The translations under genes were made by a program, and so were the position numbers. From positions 1 through 54,260 of the IMG/VR virus record IMGVR_UViG_3300033067_002266: a DNA stretch of 54,260 bases. One strand, written 5' to 3'. Each line of letters opens with the position of its first letter. The first letter of the stretch is position 1. Source of the stretch: a virus (Duplodnaviria > Caudoviricetes). Below the pieces are notes generated by a model. That model was not told the origin of the DNA. It did not search any database and saw nothing but the letters and a program-made list of their open reading frames with translations. Shown here piece after piece: positions 1 to 9,889 of the stretch.

Positions 1-269
1 TTGAAGTACTTGAACGCGAGCACACAGAGTTCTTCGACCGCTGGCACGACGAACGCAGGAAGCGCGAGGCGTTGGAACTGGAGCGCGACGCCCTTGCCGC
101 GCAGGTGGCGGAGTTGAGAGAGGCGATGGAGGAAGCGGCTGCTCTATGCGAATCGAAAATAGAACGCCCCGCAGGATTCGGCGGACGATTTGAAGGCTAT
201 GGGAAGTTTATGGACTCGCTCTCCGGGGACGAGTGCGCTGCCTTGATTCGCGCAAGGATTCCGGGGTAA
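1..269 (+). CDS. hypothetical phage protein, 5'-truncated by the window edge (coiled-coil N-terminal part)
   Basis: The frame of ORF 72..269 is open back to position 3 (EVLEREHTEFFDRWHDERRKREALELERD...). Confidence 0.6.
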   Translation, partial: EVLEREHTEFFDRWHDERRKREALELERDALAAQVAELREAMEEAAALCESKIERPAGFGGRFEGYGKFMDSLSGDECAALIRARIPG

Positions 270-346
270 GCAATGCCCTCCCCCGCCGGACAGGTTCAAG
301 GGGATTGGGGTCAAGATGATCGACTACAGCAAGGACATGCGCGGGC

Positions 347-421
347 AATAAGTTCCGCCGCCCTGCGGGACTCCTTTTACTTTGGTGAATCGAGACCGGC
401 ACCCGTAGGGCGGCACTTATT
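347..421 (+). other. long imperfect stem-loop upstream of the 437 ORF
   Basis: aataagt(347-353) and gccgccctgcggg(357-369) pair with cccgtagggcggc(402-414) and acttatt(415-421): 20 bp, one G-U pair, 3-nt bulge. Confidence 0.55.
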
Positions 422-436
422 TCATGAGGAGAGATA

Positions 437-715
437 ATGGCCGTCGAAGATCACCCTGTCCACAATAGTACAAAGCGTACCATTCCGCGAGCGGGGTGTC
501 ATTCTCGTGCTCCGCTTCAGGACGGTTACTGGGCTAGAGATGGATACACGTGGGAGGGCGTGGATGATTTCAACCCAGTCGCGGCAATGCGCTACGTCTG
601 GGTTGTGAATACGCATTCAAAGCTATGCCGGCAGATATATGATCTTCCTGAATGCGCCGGTTGTAAGGCACCCAAAGACCATGAATACATTGAACGAATG
701 AAAGGATTGAAATGA
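437..715 (+). CDS. hypothetical phage protein with a C-terminal CxxC
   Basis: 92 aa, GAGGAG RBS upstream. It converges on the structural operon. Confidence 0.7.
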   Translation: MAVEDHPVHNSTKRTIPRAGCHSRAPLQDGYWARDGYTWEGVDDFNPVAAMRYVWVVNTHSKLCRQIYDLPECAGCKAPKDHEYIERMKGLK

Positions 716-733
716 AAACCTTCACCCAATGGT

Positions 734-2569
734 TCAATGAGTCTTTAGAAGCCCGGTCACATACTCGTCCGTGTCCTCCTGAGGAAGTTGTAAAGACCCC
801 CAAGCCGCTCGACGACCGACTTTGCCAGGTAGAGTCCCAAGTGCGGCTCCTGCGCCGCCTCGTTGAAGAGCTTCAAGAGTCCCTTCTTCCGCCTTCGGAG
901 ACAACAGAGAATCAGAAAAATGAAACCGCTTGGCGGCAGTTGAACGCGTTGCACCTGGCACCAAACTCTCCAAGAAAGACAGCGGATGTGGAATTCCGGT
1001 CTTCATTAGCTGCCACAATGCCCCCGAGCTGGTCTCAGGCGTTCTACCCATCAGCGTGGCCCGCACGTCGGGTAGATTGCGAAGAACGTCCGTCATGTCC
1101 TCGCCACGACCTGACATCGTCGGGCGAAGAAGGTCTACCTGCGCCATGCCTTCATTGCTTAGCGACCGGGTCAAAGCCGCGTTCGGAGTAGGGAACCCCT
1201 TGGTGCGACTCATCAACTGCCTCGCCAGCGGATTTTCAATCACCGTCGGGCTGACCACATTCTTCCAGTAATCCGTCGCTGAACGATATAGCTCCATCGC
1301 GTCTGCGTTTCCGGCGTGGCGCTTTTCCCACGCCCCGAGATCAGAATCAATAGCGGTTTTGAAATCGGCCAGATATTTCCGGGCATCCTTCAGTTCCGCC
1401 GCTACGGGAGCACCCATTCGGTCGGCGGTATCTATTCCGCGTTGTGCCGCGTTCAAAGCCTTATTTGTGGCTACCCGCATGGAGTGTATATGCTCCATCG
1501 CCAGAGGCATTTGTGCCAAAGCGCTCGGATTCATCCCCGCCATTGAGGGAGCGTCGAAGCCATATTTTTCCAGAAGGTCCGCCGCTTTCTCGTAACCTTT
1601 ACGGTTGGTGTTGGTTATGATACGTGCGGAATAGCTTGGTGTGATCGGTTGAAGTCCATTCTTGTAGATAAAATCATCCACCGCCTTGTACTTCTCCCCG
1701 CCCAACTTGAACCGTTGCTGTACCGCATTGGACAGTTCATCCGCGTAAGCTCCGCCCTTTTGCAAGACGTCGCCTTCCGGTAGGGACAGTTTCGTCCCGA
1801 GAATCGCATCTAAAGCATTCGCCTGTTCTTGCAGTTGCGCCGGGTAGCCGGGCAAAGAGCGTTCAATCTGCCCGATTGGTGCGGTCGGGTCAAGCTGCCC
1901 GATAGTGGGGGTAGGAATCCCGAGTCTCTCCGCCGCCGCGTTGGTACGCATTGCTCCGGCACCCCGTGGAGTATAGCGCCCGAGAGCGGCATTTACCCCA
2001 TGCCCGGCCATATCTGCGAGTTTGCCCAGAACGCCGACTTCCGCCGCGCCTTTCGCGCCGTGGTAAATGGAGCCGCCTAACTCTCCCGGCACCCCCACTA
2101 CATCGGTGCTACCCGGCTTCAGGAAGTCAAGCCCTGCCTCCAGTGCCATTTGCGCCGGCAAGCGGGTAGGAGCCGCCATGGACGGGATAATTTTCGCTGC
2201 CATTCCGCCGACATTACCAAAGACCGTATTCTCGAGGTCGGCAATATCCTTCGCCCGTGTTTTACGTTCGGCAGAAATACGCGAACGGACTTTGTCACCC
2301 GCCACACCCTTTGGCGCAAACAAGAGTTCTCCTTTTTCCCGCGCCCCACGGAGAACATCCGCCATTTCTCCGCCCGCGCCAGCCAGCGCGCGTTTCCACG
2401 CGGACGGTTCGATCTGCTCGGCCACAGGGATGTCTGACTTCGCTTCCGGAACGGCAGACAGGAGACTCCCCGTAAAACGGTCTGCCTTCGGAGCAGCGGC
2501 AGGTTCTTCTCCGGTATCAATGAAATGTTTCAGTTGCTCCGGCGTCCATCCGGCAAATTCATCAGCCAT
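734..2569 (-). CDS. putative internal virion / DNA ejection protein
   Basis: 611 aa, Ala/Gly-rich and helical, last gene of the structural operon, TAATG-coupled to the upstream gene. This is the usual position of podovirus ejection proteins. Confidence 0.6.
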   Translation of the reverse strand: MADEFAGWTPEQLKHFIDTGEEPAAAPKADRFTGSLLSAVPEAKSDIPVAEQIEPSAWKRALAGAGGEMADVLRGAREKGELLFAPKGVAGDKVRSRISAERKTRAKDIADLENTVFGNVGGMAAKIIPSMAAPTRLPAQMALEAGLDFLKPGSTDVVGVPGELGGSIYHGAKGAAEVGVLGKLADMAGHGVNAALGRYTPRGAGAMRTNAAAERLGIPTPTIGQLDPTAPIGQIERSLPGYPAQLQEQANALDAILGTKLSLPEGDVLQKGGAYADELSNAVQQRFKLGGEKYKAVDDFIYKNGLQPITPSYSARIITNTNRKGYEKAADLLEKYGFDAPSMAGMNPSALAQMPLAMEHIHSMRVATNKALNAAQRGIDTADRMGAPVAAELKDARKYLADFKTAIDSDLGAWEKRHAGNADAMELYRSATDYWKNVVSPTVIENPLARQLMSRTKGFPTPNAALTRSLSNEGMAQVDLLRPTMSGRGEDMTDVLRNLPDVRATLMGRTPETSSGALWQLMKTGIPHPLSFLESLVPGATRSTAAKRFHFSDSLLSPKAEEGTLEALQRGGAGAALGTLPGKVGRRAAWGSLQLPQEDTDEYVTGLLKTH

Positions 2570-4077
2570 TATTCTACCCCTTTGAGCAAGGTCTTGGTAT
2601 ACGCGTCAATCGCCGCAATACGACGAGGATCAAGGAATGGGTTGGTTTTCGCGATATCAGCCGCCACGCTGTACCAGCCTTCATCAAGACGCTTGTTTCT
2701 GCCTATATAGTCCCGCGCCGCTTCCGCCAGCTTTGTCCGCATAGCCAACTGAGCTTGCATAACCTGAATCATTAGCATCCGGCCTTCTTTGGACATTGTC
2801 AAAGTCGGGGACATCTTTTGCAACAACTGATCCTCGTAATTCGACATCGCTCCAGGTAGCAGGTTTTCTCCGTCGGCGGTGCGTGCCTTCAACGCTTGTT
2901 TCGTGCTGAGAGCTTTCAGTACGTCCGTCGCGCCTACGCCTTCAACTTCGACACCGAAGGTTTTCAGCGAGGACTTCATACTTGCCACAAGATTGGCCTG
3001 TTCACCTTCCGGGATTTGATCGTCGTACTTTTGGTACATGCTTTGCATCATATTCAAGTCGCCGGAAAGAGCCTGTGCAGCTGCTCCGGTTTTCTGGATA
3101 TCGCTAGACAATACCGCCATCTGCTCACCGGCCTTGTGGCCGTACCCTTTCTTCTCTTCTTGTTTTTGAACATCCAGCTTCGGAAGGGTAGAAGGTGCCG
3201 CCTGCGGAGCAACTTGATTCTGAATCGTCAGTAGCTGGGCGATAGTATTCTTTCGTAGGTCCGCGTTGTCCGGGTTTGCCTTCAGTCTTTCGATCAGGCG
3301 TTCTACCGTGGCTTGTTGTTCCGGCGGAAGGGTAGACTCATTCAGGCGAAGTCCGGGGGCTTCTTCCGTCGGTGCAGAAAGTTGTGGCATTCCTGGTGCA
3401 GGCGGTTGAACAACCGGAAGTCCGCCTTCTTGTCCAGCCAGCGGTGCCGTGCGATTCCCGACGGTAGTATTCATTCCGCCGATGGCGCGAACCGCTTCCC
3501 CTTGTGCCCATTCCATCGCCGCGTCAAGGGTCTCGTATTCACCTTTATCGAAAGCAGCTTTCGCAAGTGTCTGGGTGAGGTTTGCAATCTTACCGATATC
3601 CTGTGGCCCGTAGGTTCCCACAGGAGCACCAGTGGTACGGTCAAACGCGGTGGTTGTTCCGTCGGCGTTCTTACGGAACTCGAAACCGCGCGTGGAGGCC
3701 TTACTCTGCCCCAGTAGCAAGGCTTGAGCATCTTTCCGTCGCTGGAGGATGTCCTGGTATTCCAGTTGCGCCGCTTTTACCGCGCGCTGTGCCGCGGACT
3801 CCCGTTGCGTTTCATTCCATTTTTCGAGATACTTCAACCCGGCACGACCCGCGATGAATGGGTCGAAAGGATTATCCGATGTGGACATTCCTTCGAGTTG
3901 AGCTTCCCAAGGTTGCCGGGTATCTACACCTGCCGTTTGCACGGCTCCGACGTACTTATCCAGAGCGCCTTGACGATCTTCCGGCGTCGGAATATTGTCC
4001 GGCTTGTAATTTTGCAAGGAATCCATCATCGCCTTGAGAGCGGGATTCCCTTGTCCAATAGCATCTAGCGGTCCCAT
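2569..4077 (-). CDS. putative internal virion / DNA transfer protein
   Basis: 502 aa, helical and Gln/Ala-rich, contains GAMSNYE. Middle gene of the ejection-type cluster. Confidence 0.6.
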   Translation of the reverse strand: MGPLDAIGQGNPALKAMMDSLQNYKPDNIPTPEDRQGALDKYVGAVQTAGVDTRQPWEAQLEGMSTSDNPFDPFIAGRAGLKYLEKWNETQRESAAQRAVKAAQLEYQDILQRRKDAQALLLGQSKASTRGFEFRKNADGTTTAFDRTTGAPVGTYGPQDIGKIANLTQTLAKAAFDKGEYETLDAAMEWAQGEAVRAIGGMNTTVGNRTAPLAGQEGGLPVVQPPAPGMPQLSAPTEEAPGLRLNESTLPPEQQATVERLIERLKANPDNADLRKNTIAQLLTIQNQVAPQAAPSTLPKLDVQKQEEKKGYGHKAGEQMAVLSSDIQKTGAAAQALSGDLNMMQSMYQKYDDQIPEGEQANLVASMKSSLKTFGVEVEGVGATDVLKALSTKQALKARTADGENLLPGAMSNYEDQLLQKMSPTLTMSKEGRMLMIQVMQAQLAMRTKLAEAARDYIGRNKRLDEGWYSVAADIAKTNPFLDPRRIAAIDAYTKTLLKGVE

Positions 4078-4086
4078 GATCTCTCC

Positions 4087-5010
4087 TTATGTTGCCGCCG
4101 TCGTTCCGCCGGAGGTATTCAGTGCATTCAGTATAGCGGCGAAATCACTCAGTGCGCTAGTCTGCGTCGGATTCTGCGCGATAATCTGCGTTTTTGCCCC
4201 ACTATACAAGTTGGTATAATTCGGTACAGACGAGGCGAGTCCTCCCATCAAACTGAACGGGGTTTGTAGTTGCGTCTGCCAATCTTTGTACGCGGCATCC
4301 AGTCCGGCTTGGGTGTTGGTACGTTGCTGCTCTTGCAACCCGTACATCTTCATCAAGTCATCCCACGACTGGGTTTGACCTTGAACTGCTTGGTTTCCTT
4401 GTGCGGTTCCAGCTTGAACCTGCGCTTGCCCGGATTGTTCTCCAAGTTGTCCCCAGTTGTAGTAATCCTGTGCAGCGTTCTGGTAAGCCTGATTCCCTGC
4501 TGTGGATTGAGCACCAAGAATTTCTTGTTGGTTACGCTGAATAGCGTCTTGTAGAAAGTTAGCGTTGCGGGACGCTCCAAACAAACCTGAACCTGTAAAG
4601 GTTTGATTTATAGCCGGCATTACATTCTTGATCAGGTTTTGGTTACCGCGTCGCGCAATCTCGTCTAGAACCCCAGTCAGATACGGGTTTAAGTGTTTTT
4701 GTAGTTCCGCTGGATTATATGTCGAAGCCGTCTTCAGCTGGTCAATACCACCCTGCATTGTTCCTTGGGCTTGCTCAAACTCCGGTTCCCATTGACCGGC
4801 AATATTCGGAGCACCAGAAACCATTTGCTGCTGTTCCGGAGTCAGCCCCGCGACGAGCGGCTGGTCATACCAATTATTTGCCAGTCCGGAAACATTAGTC
4901 AATGCGCTGGAAGCGGTATCTCCAAATTGCTTCGATAGTTGATCATACCACAGCGGAGTCTGTGCTGAAGTCGAATCCGTGATTCCAGGAGTATTTGCGA
5001 TATCTGCCAT
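4087..5010 (-). CDS. putative DNA transfer / pilot protein
   Basis: 307 aa, Q/N/G-rich, with NPY and GLFGASR motifs seen in phage pilot-type proteins. Confidence 0.6.
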   Translation of the reverse strand: MADIANTPGITDSTSAQTPLWYDQLSKQFGDTASSALTNVSGLANNWYDQPLVAGLTPEQQQMVSGAPNIAGQWEPEFEQAQGTMQGGIDQLKTASTYNPAELQKHLNPYLTGVLDEIARRGNQNLIKNVMPAINQTFTGSGLFGASRNANFLQDAIQRNQQEILGAQSTAGNQAYQNAAQDYYNWGQLGEQSGQAQVQAGTAQGNQAVQGQTQSWDDLMKMYGLQEQQRTNTQAGLDAAYKDWQTQLQTPFSLMGGLASSVPNYTNLYSGAKTQIIAQNPTQTSALSDFAAILNALNTSGGTTAAT

Positions 5011-5012
5011 GA

Positions 5013-8000
5013 TTATTTCCTTCCCTTCAAATACTGTTCAGGACTCTTCGCTTTCGGCGGGATGCTAGTCGCGGGTGCGGAGCGTTTGTGCTTACGGAGA
5101 TTGATCCGCATTTGATCCAGCGCAGAAGCTCCGGCTTCATTGTTTCCGTCACCGAGAGCGGAAACAGTATCCGCATCCATCACGTATTCACCGTGACTTG
5201 CGTGAATCGGAACATCGTCTGCCTGACCGGAAGACCCTCCACGAAGAAGACCGATCACGGTGTCTGAATAGGAGTTTCCTCCAAGAGATCCACCGACGGA
5301 ATAACGTCTGCCCACCGAAGGACCAATCAATGAGGCCAGTCCTCCCGGGACGGCGGAGGAAGCGCTCGGCATTGACGCATTAAACGGCACGGTCGAGGTT
5401 TGCACCGGCTGAGTAGCTTTCGTGTACGCCGGATTTGCCGGCAACGGGTTACCGCGTGTGGCAAGCATTGCCGCTATCGCCGCCTGTTGCGCGGCAGGCT
5501 GTTGTTGCGCCAGCGTTACGCCAGCGGGAAGTACTCCGGCAGGACGTTGAACATTGGAAGATAAACTTTGCCCGGGTAGAGGGCTTTGGCGGGCATTAAT
5601 GACAGAGGGTACAGAAAGATTAAGCAACCGCTGCCGCATCAGTTCATTGCCACCAAAAGTCGGAGCGCGTATCGGAGTAGCGTGTTGCGCAATCATATTC
5701 AGTGGGCCACTCCCGGTTGCTCCAACAAAGTTAGGCCGCTGCGGAAGGTTTGGAGAATTCCCCACCGTATTCGGAACAGGGACCGCGCCCCCCACAGCCA
5801 TACGAACTTGCGACAGGGTCTTTCCACGTCCGGGAGAGGCAAAGCCGCTCGGCGACGACGGAGTAGCAAAACCGCTCGGAGTCAGACCGGAACTGAACAC
5901 TGAAGAATGCTGATTTGCCAAAGCATTCTTTGCAGAAGTAGCATTGTTGATAGTACCCCGATGTGCCGCCAGCGTGCCCAACAGTTTCACCAGTGAATTC
6001 ATCGTACTATTGCTCGGCGCGTTGCTGCCCAGCAAGGCTTGCATGATCTTCTGTAGCGGGGAAGCATTACTTGCCGTTGAGCCGGTAGCAGTGTGGAGGT
6101 TCAAGGCGTTAGCAGGGTCAGTGAATCCGCTATTACCCGGTTCTCCGGTATACTGTTGCGGGAAAGATCCGACGTCTCCGGTTCCAGCATCCAACATAAT
6201 CTCGCCATCTGGTCCGTAAAAGGCGTTCTCGGGGAGATTACCGAAGTCGGGAGTGGTCCCCGCATCCCACATGATTTCCCCGTCCGGGCCGTAGAAAGCG
6301 TTGTCGTCTAAGAGTCCCATGTTGTTTTCTCCTGTGTTCTCTGGGGCCGGTTCGGAGGCCGGAAGGGTAGTGGAAGGTGGGGTCCATGCGGGAACTACCG
6401 AATTATCCCCCGATTGCGTCGGAGGAGCAACTTCTGGTGTTAAAGTATCCGTTCCGGCGTCCAACATAACTTCATTATCTGGACCATAGAAAACATTTTC
6501 CGGAAGATTGCTGAAGTCTGGCGTCTGAACTGGCGGCGCTTTTACGGTTGTATCTACCGTCGGCGGTAGCGCCGTGTCCGGAGGAGTCCAGTCAGGTACA
6601 AAGTTATCCGTACCGGCGTCTATCAATAGCTCATTATCCGGACCATAGAAAACATTTTCCGGTAGCTCTACAGGCGGAGTGGTTTCTTCGGTTACCGGGG
6701 TAGTATTTTGCAACCACGTCGGAAGTTCCGGTTGCGGCGGTTCAGGAGTCGCGGGGGTAGGCGGAACTGGAGCAGGCGTAGTGTCCGTTAAACCCTGAAG
6801 CGCCCCACTCGCCAGTCCTCCCAAACCGGCGCTCAGGAGGGCCGTTCCCACATCCCCACCCTTGATCGCCGTGGAGACGCCGGTATTGGCCATTTGCTGG
6901 GCGATATTGCTCAGGGTTTGGCTGCCGGTGACGGAGGCCGGCAAAAGGTCTTTGACTGCTGAACCCGCCTCGCTACCGAGACCGGAGGCGACCCCCGAGG
7001 TGAGGGCTTGCCCTAGGTCGGCACCGGATAGACCCGCTATACCCGCCGAGGTGACTCCCTTGGTGAGTGCGGCCAAGTCATTTCCGGTAAGCCTAGTAAC
7101 CCCACCGAGCGTTTGACTCAGCGGAGCTAGTACCGTTTTTGCGACGTCTGGAATAGCTAGCAAACCTGACGCGACTTGCCCAAGGTTCCCGTTTGCCACG
7201 CCACCTGCGACATTCAAGCCCGCCGCGATAGGTTGAAGTCCGGGAATCGCCAATGATGCCAGTGAAGCGATCGTTCCGATTCCGGTGTCACCGAGGAATC
7301 CGGCAATGTTATCTAGAATCCCGCCACTGCTTGGATTCCAAGCATCACGTGCCCTTGCCGCTTGTTCCGGCGACAAGTACGGCTTCGGCATGTCCGCATA
7401 TTTAGCCGTCGGGAGGTAAGCGGTATAACCTACCCCCTGTAAGCCTTTTTGGAGTTCGGCAACAGATAACGGATTTCCGTCGGAACCGACCGCGCCATTC
7501 TGGAAAAGATATTGTGCGACTTCCTTTATGTTGGTCGCAATATTGGCAGGCGTCGCAAATTTATCCACCCCAAAACTCGCGCCTTGAAGCTGTACGGGGG
7601 TATAGCCTGAACTAGCTATTCCGGTATTCTTTTGTATCAAGGCTCCGAAGTTATCAAAAGCTCCGCCCTGAATTGGAATAGACAACGCCGATTTCAGTGC
7701 ATCAACATTGGCGACCGACGGAGGATTCGCAACGGCGGCAGCATACCCGGTCAGCGGTGCTGGAACAGCGGTGGTCGTCGGAGCGACAGATACCGGCGCG
7801 GCCGTAGTTGGGGCGATGGTCGGAGCAACCGTGGGCGCTGGTTCCGGGATGGGAACTGAGGGGGTTACCGCCGGAGTCGCGACTGGGGTCGCGGAAACCG
7901 GCGTTGCTGGCGCTTCAAATCTTCCCGTTGCCGGGTTGAATACCTTCCCTTGAATCAATCCAGCAATATCAATAGTCGGGGTCAAACCGGAACCAAGCAT

Positions 8001-8150
8001 TCCCGTAACAGGAGCAGCTGTGGGCGCAGCAACCACGGGAGCCGGAGTGGGGGTAGGGGTAGGAACTGGAGTGGGGGCAGGAATCGGCGCGGCAACGCTC
8101 CATGTACCTGTCACGGGATTAAACGTTTTACCCATGAAGGTAAAAGTCAC
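5013..8150 (-). CDS. large low-complexity virion/ejection-associated protein (Pro/Thr-rich tracts, Gly-rich helices, four FYGPD repeats)
   Basis: 1045 aa, GTGA-coupled to the upstream gene. The C-terminal GQADDVP..SHGEYVMDADTVSALGDG.EAGA block is typical of this phage group. Confidence 0.7.
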   Translation of the reverse strand: MTFTFMGKTFNPVTGTWSVAAPIPAPTPVPTPTPTPAPVVAAPTAAPVTGMLGSGLTPTIDIAGLIQGKVFNPATGRFEAPATPVSATPVATPAVTPSVPIPEPAPTVAPTIAPTTAAPVSVAPTTTAVPAPLTGYAAAVANPPSVANVDALKSALSIPIQGGAFDNFGALIQKNTGIASSGYTPVQLQGASFGVDKFATPANIATNIKEVAQYLFQNGAVGSDGNPLSVAELQKGLQGVGYTAYLPTAKYADMPKPYLSPEQAARARDAWNPSSGGILDNIAGFLGDTGIGTIASLASLAIPGLQPIAAGLNVAGGVANGNLGQVASGLLAIPDVAKTVLAPLSQTLGGVTRLTGNDLAALTKGVTSAGIAGLSGADLGQALTSGVASGLGSEAGSAVKDLLPASVTGSQTLSNIAQQMANTGVSTAIKGGDVGTALLSAGLGGLASGALQGLTDTTPAPVPPTPATPEPPQPELPTWLQNTTPVTEETTPPVELPENVFYGPDNELLIDAGTDNFVPDWTPPDTALPPTVDTTVKAPPVQTPDFSNLPENVFYGPDNEVMLDAGTDTLTPEVAPPTQSGDNSVVPAWTPPSTTLPASEPAPENTGENNMGLLDDNAFYGPDGEIMWDAGTTPDFGNLPENAFYGPDGEIMLDAGTGDVGSFPQQYTGEPGNSGFTDPANALNLHTATGSTASNASPLQKIMQALLGSNAPSNSTMNSLVKLLGTLAAHRGTINNATSAKNALANQHSSVFSSGLTPSGFATPSSPSGFASPGRGKTLSQVRMAVGGAVPVPNTVGNSPNLPQRPNFVGATGSGPLNMIAQHATPIRAPTFGGNELMRQRLLNLSVPSVINARQSPLPGQSLSSNVQRPAGVLPAGVTLAQQQPAAQQAAIAAMLATRGNPLPANPAYTKATQPVQTSTVPFNASMPSASSAVPGGLASLIGPSVGRRYSVGGSLGGNSYSDTVIGLLRGGSSGQADDVPIHASHGEYVMDADTVSALGDGNNEAGASALDQMRINLRKHKRSAPATSIPPKAKSPEQYLKGRK
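6178..6665 (-). repeat. four copies of the peptide repeat N[VA]FYGPD[NG]ExxxDAGT
   Basis: Visible in the translation. Two copies share ggaccatagaaaacattttccgg at DNA level (near 6481 and 6640). Confidence 0.85.
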
Positions 8151-9889
8151 GACCGAACGTCTCCGGGTTCAAGATGGATGATAGTGCGCCCCATTTCGTA
8201 ATGCCCTCCAACAACGTTGGATCGGAAAGTTAGTCGAATTTCGCGTCGTTGCTCCCGCATGTCTATTTTAACCGTTTCCGGTGAATAGGTATAGGGGTCC
8301 GAATAAAGTTCAGGCGCGTTCGCAAATTCCCGACCAGAAACGACCAAAGTCATATCCTGTTCTTGTAACATATCTGGTTCAATACGTACTAGCCGCGTCC
8401 AGCGGTTCAAGCCGGTTATATCGTTCTGCTTTGAACCACCTGTGGGGTAGCCGAAGTCCGCCGTGGTGAAATAGCTGTCAATAGCGACCACTTCGTCACC
8501 CTCCACGCGATCGTGACCTTTCTCGTGCAAGTACGCTTGATACAAAGGCGAAACGGTCGCCGCTGTGGCCGTCGCTGCCGAGGTAACGTCCGTGAGACCT
8601 TCGAGCGCGATGAACATCTTACCCGGCGTCGAAATTTGAGCGTAGTATGTGGAACCGATAATATCCACAACGGTTCCCATTGCCCCGGAAGTCGCACCAA
8701 CGATTCGATCCCCGACCGAAATGGTGCCAACGGTTCCTGAAACCGTCAAGGCGACTTCGTTAGTCGTCGCTTCGGCGTTCGTCATCACGGGGTATTTGAA
8801 CACCTGCGAGTAGAAGCCAGATGAGCGCGCACTAGAAACGTCATACCACGTCTGCTCGCGAGTATTATAGATGACCGCGTTGGTGCATTCCGTAGAATCG
8901 CCAAACGGGAAGAACCACCAAATTTCTCCGAAGCGTGGGATTTTCATTGCCCACACTTTCTGGCGCTGGGTATAGTTCAGGTTATCGAAGAACCAGTTTA
9001 TATTCATCTGATTCGGCAACTCTTTGACCTGCCCGCCGTCGCACATCAGGAAACGGTCAATACCGATCCAGTAATACACTCCATCATATTCAATAACGGA
9101 GTTCTGCGCCAAAATAGACGTTTGCGAAGACAAATGCGAGAACTTGAACAAATTCTGCCCACCGGAGTAGTCCATACGCACAACGGAGTCAAGCGACCAG
9201 ATCAAGGCACCGGGACCAGAACCGGAACGCAACGGAAGACCTTTTACTAATTTCGCCCCAGTAATCCGACCATCTCCCGCATCCCCGGAGGTAAGCACCG
9301 TCGGTTGATTAGCGTCTGACCATTGGATATACCCGTCAGAACTAAGGTAGAAGGCGTAAGGCGCTACACAGAATACTCCGCCAGACACCCCGGTAGCCGA
9401 AGGGCCGGTTCCGGCGATCGCGGTAAAGGCAGCCGCGCCAGAAGCATCCGCGTAATACGGAGTCGAAACCGTTGAATCGTCAATGTTAGACATGGACGAA
9501 GACGCGTGGCAAAGAACCGCTGTCGTTGTCCCACCGGCGTTGTAAAGCGTGGTCGTCGACCAGATATGGTTAGTTGAAGAAACGAAACCTGCCGGAGTGC
9601 GGTCGATAATCGACGACCCCAACCCGTCATTATCCACAAGTACCATTTCTATCTTTCCCTGAGAGAAGGTGTAGATGGCATTCATGGAACTGCGTGACCA
9701 GACAAGCGTACTATTAATTATTCCCGATAGGCGGTTCGTAATCTGCTGGAAACCGCCGATCTTCTTGGCCCGCCCACGTTGGAATCGCACCCACTGCCCG
9801 TCGGAGCATTGATCTCCGTCCAACACCGTGCCGTCCCGCTTTATCCCCGGCAGGGTCGTTACCTGAAAGAGCTGCTTGATCTCGGCCAT
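8147..9889 (-). CDS. tail nozzle / packaged-DNA stabilization protein (P22 gp10-like)
   Basis: 580 aa, beta-rich. Motifs WVRFQRG, EIWWFFP and AVIYN..EQTW; lies just before the ejection genes. Confidence 0.65.
   Translation of the reverse strand: MAEIKQLFQVTTLPGIKRDGTVLDGDQCSDGQWVRFQRGRAKKIGGFQQITNRLSGIINSTLVWSRSSMNAIYTFSQGKIEMVLVDNDGLGSSIIDRTPAGFVSSTNHIWSTTTLYNAGGTTTAVLCHASSSMSNIDDSTVSTPYYADASGAAAFTAIAGTGPSATGVSGGVFCVAPYAFYLSSDGYIQWSDANQPTVLTSGDAGDGRITGAKLVKGLPLRSGSGPGALIWSLDSVVRMDYSGGQNLFKFSHLSSQTSILAQNSVIEYDGVYYWIGIDRFLMCDGGQVKELPNQMNINWFFDNLNYTQRQKVWAMKIPRFGEIWWFFPFGDSTECTNAVIYNTREQTWYDVSSARSSGFYSQVFKYPVMTNAEATTNEVALTVSGTVGTISVGDRIVGATSGAMGTVVDIIGSTYYAQISTPGKMFIALEGLTDVTSAATATAATVSPLYQAYLHEKGHDRVEGDEVVAIDSYFTTADFGYPTGGSKQNDITGLNRWTRLVRIEPDMLQEQDMTLVVSGREFANAPELYSDPYTYSPETVKIDMREQRREIRLTFRSNVVGGHYEMGRTIIHLEPGDVRS

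Noticed and set aside
347-421. tRNA gene in the structured intergenic region
   Set aside because: No cloverleaf, T-loop GTTC consensus or CCA end could be fitted.
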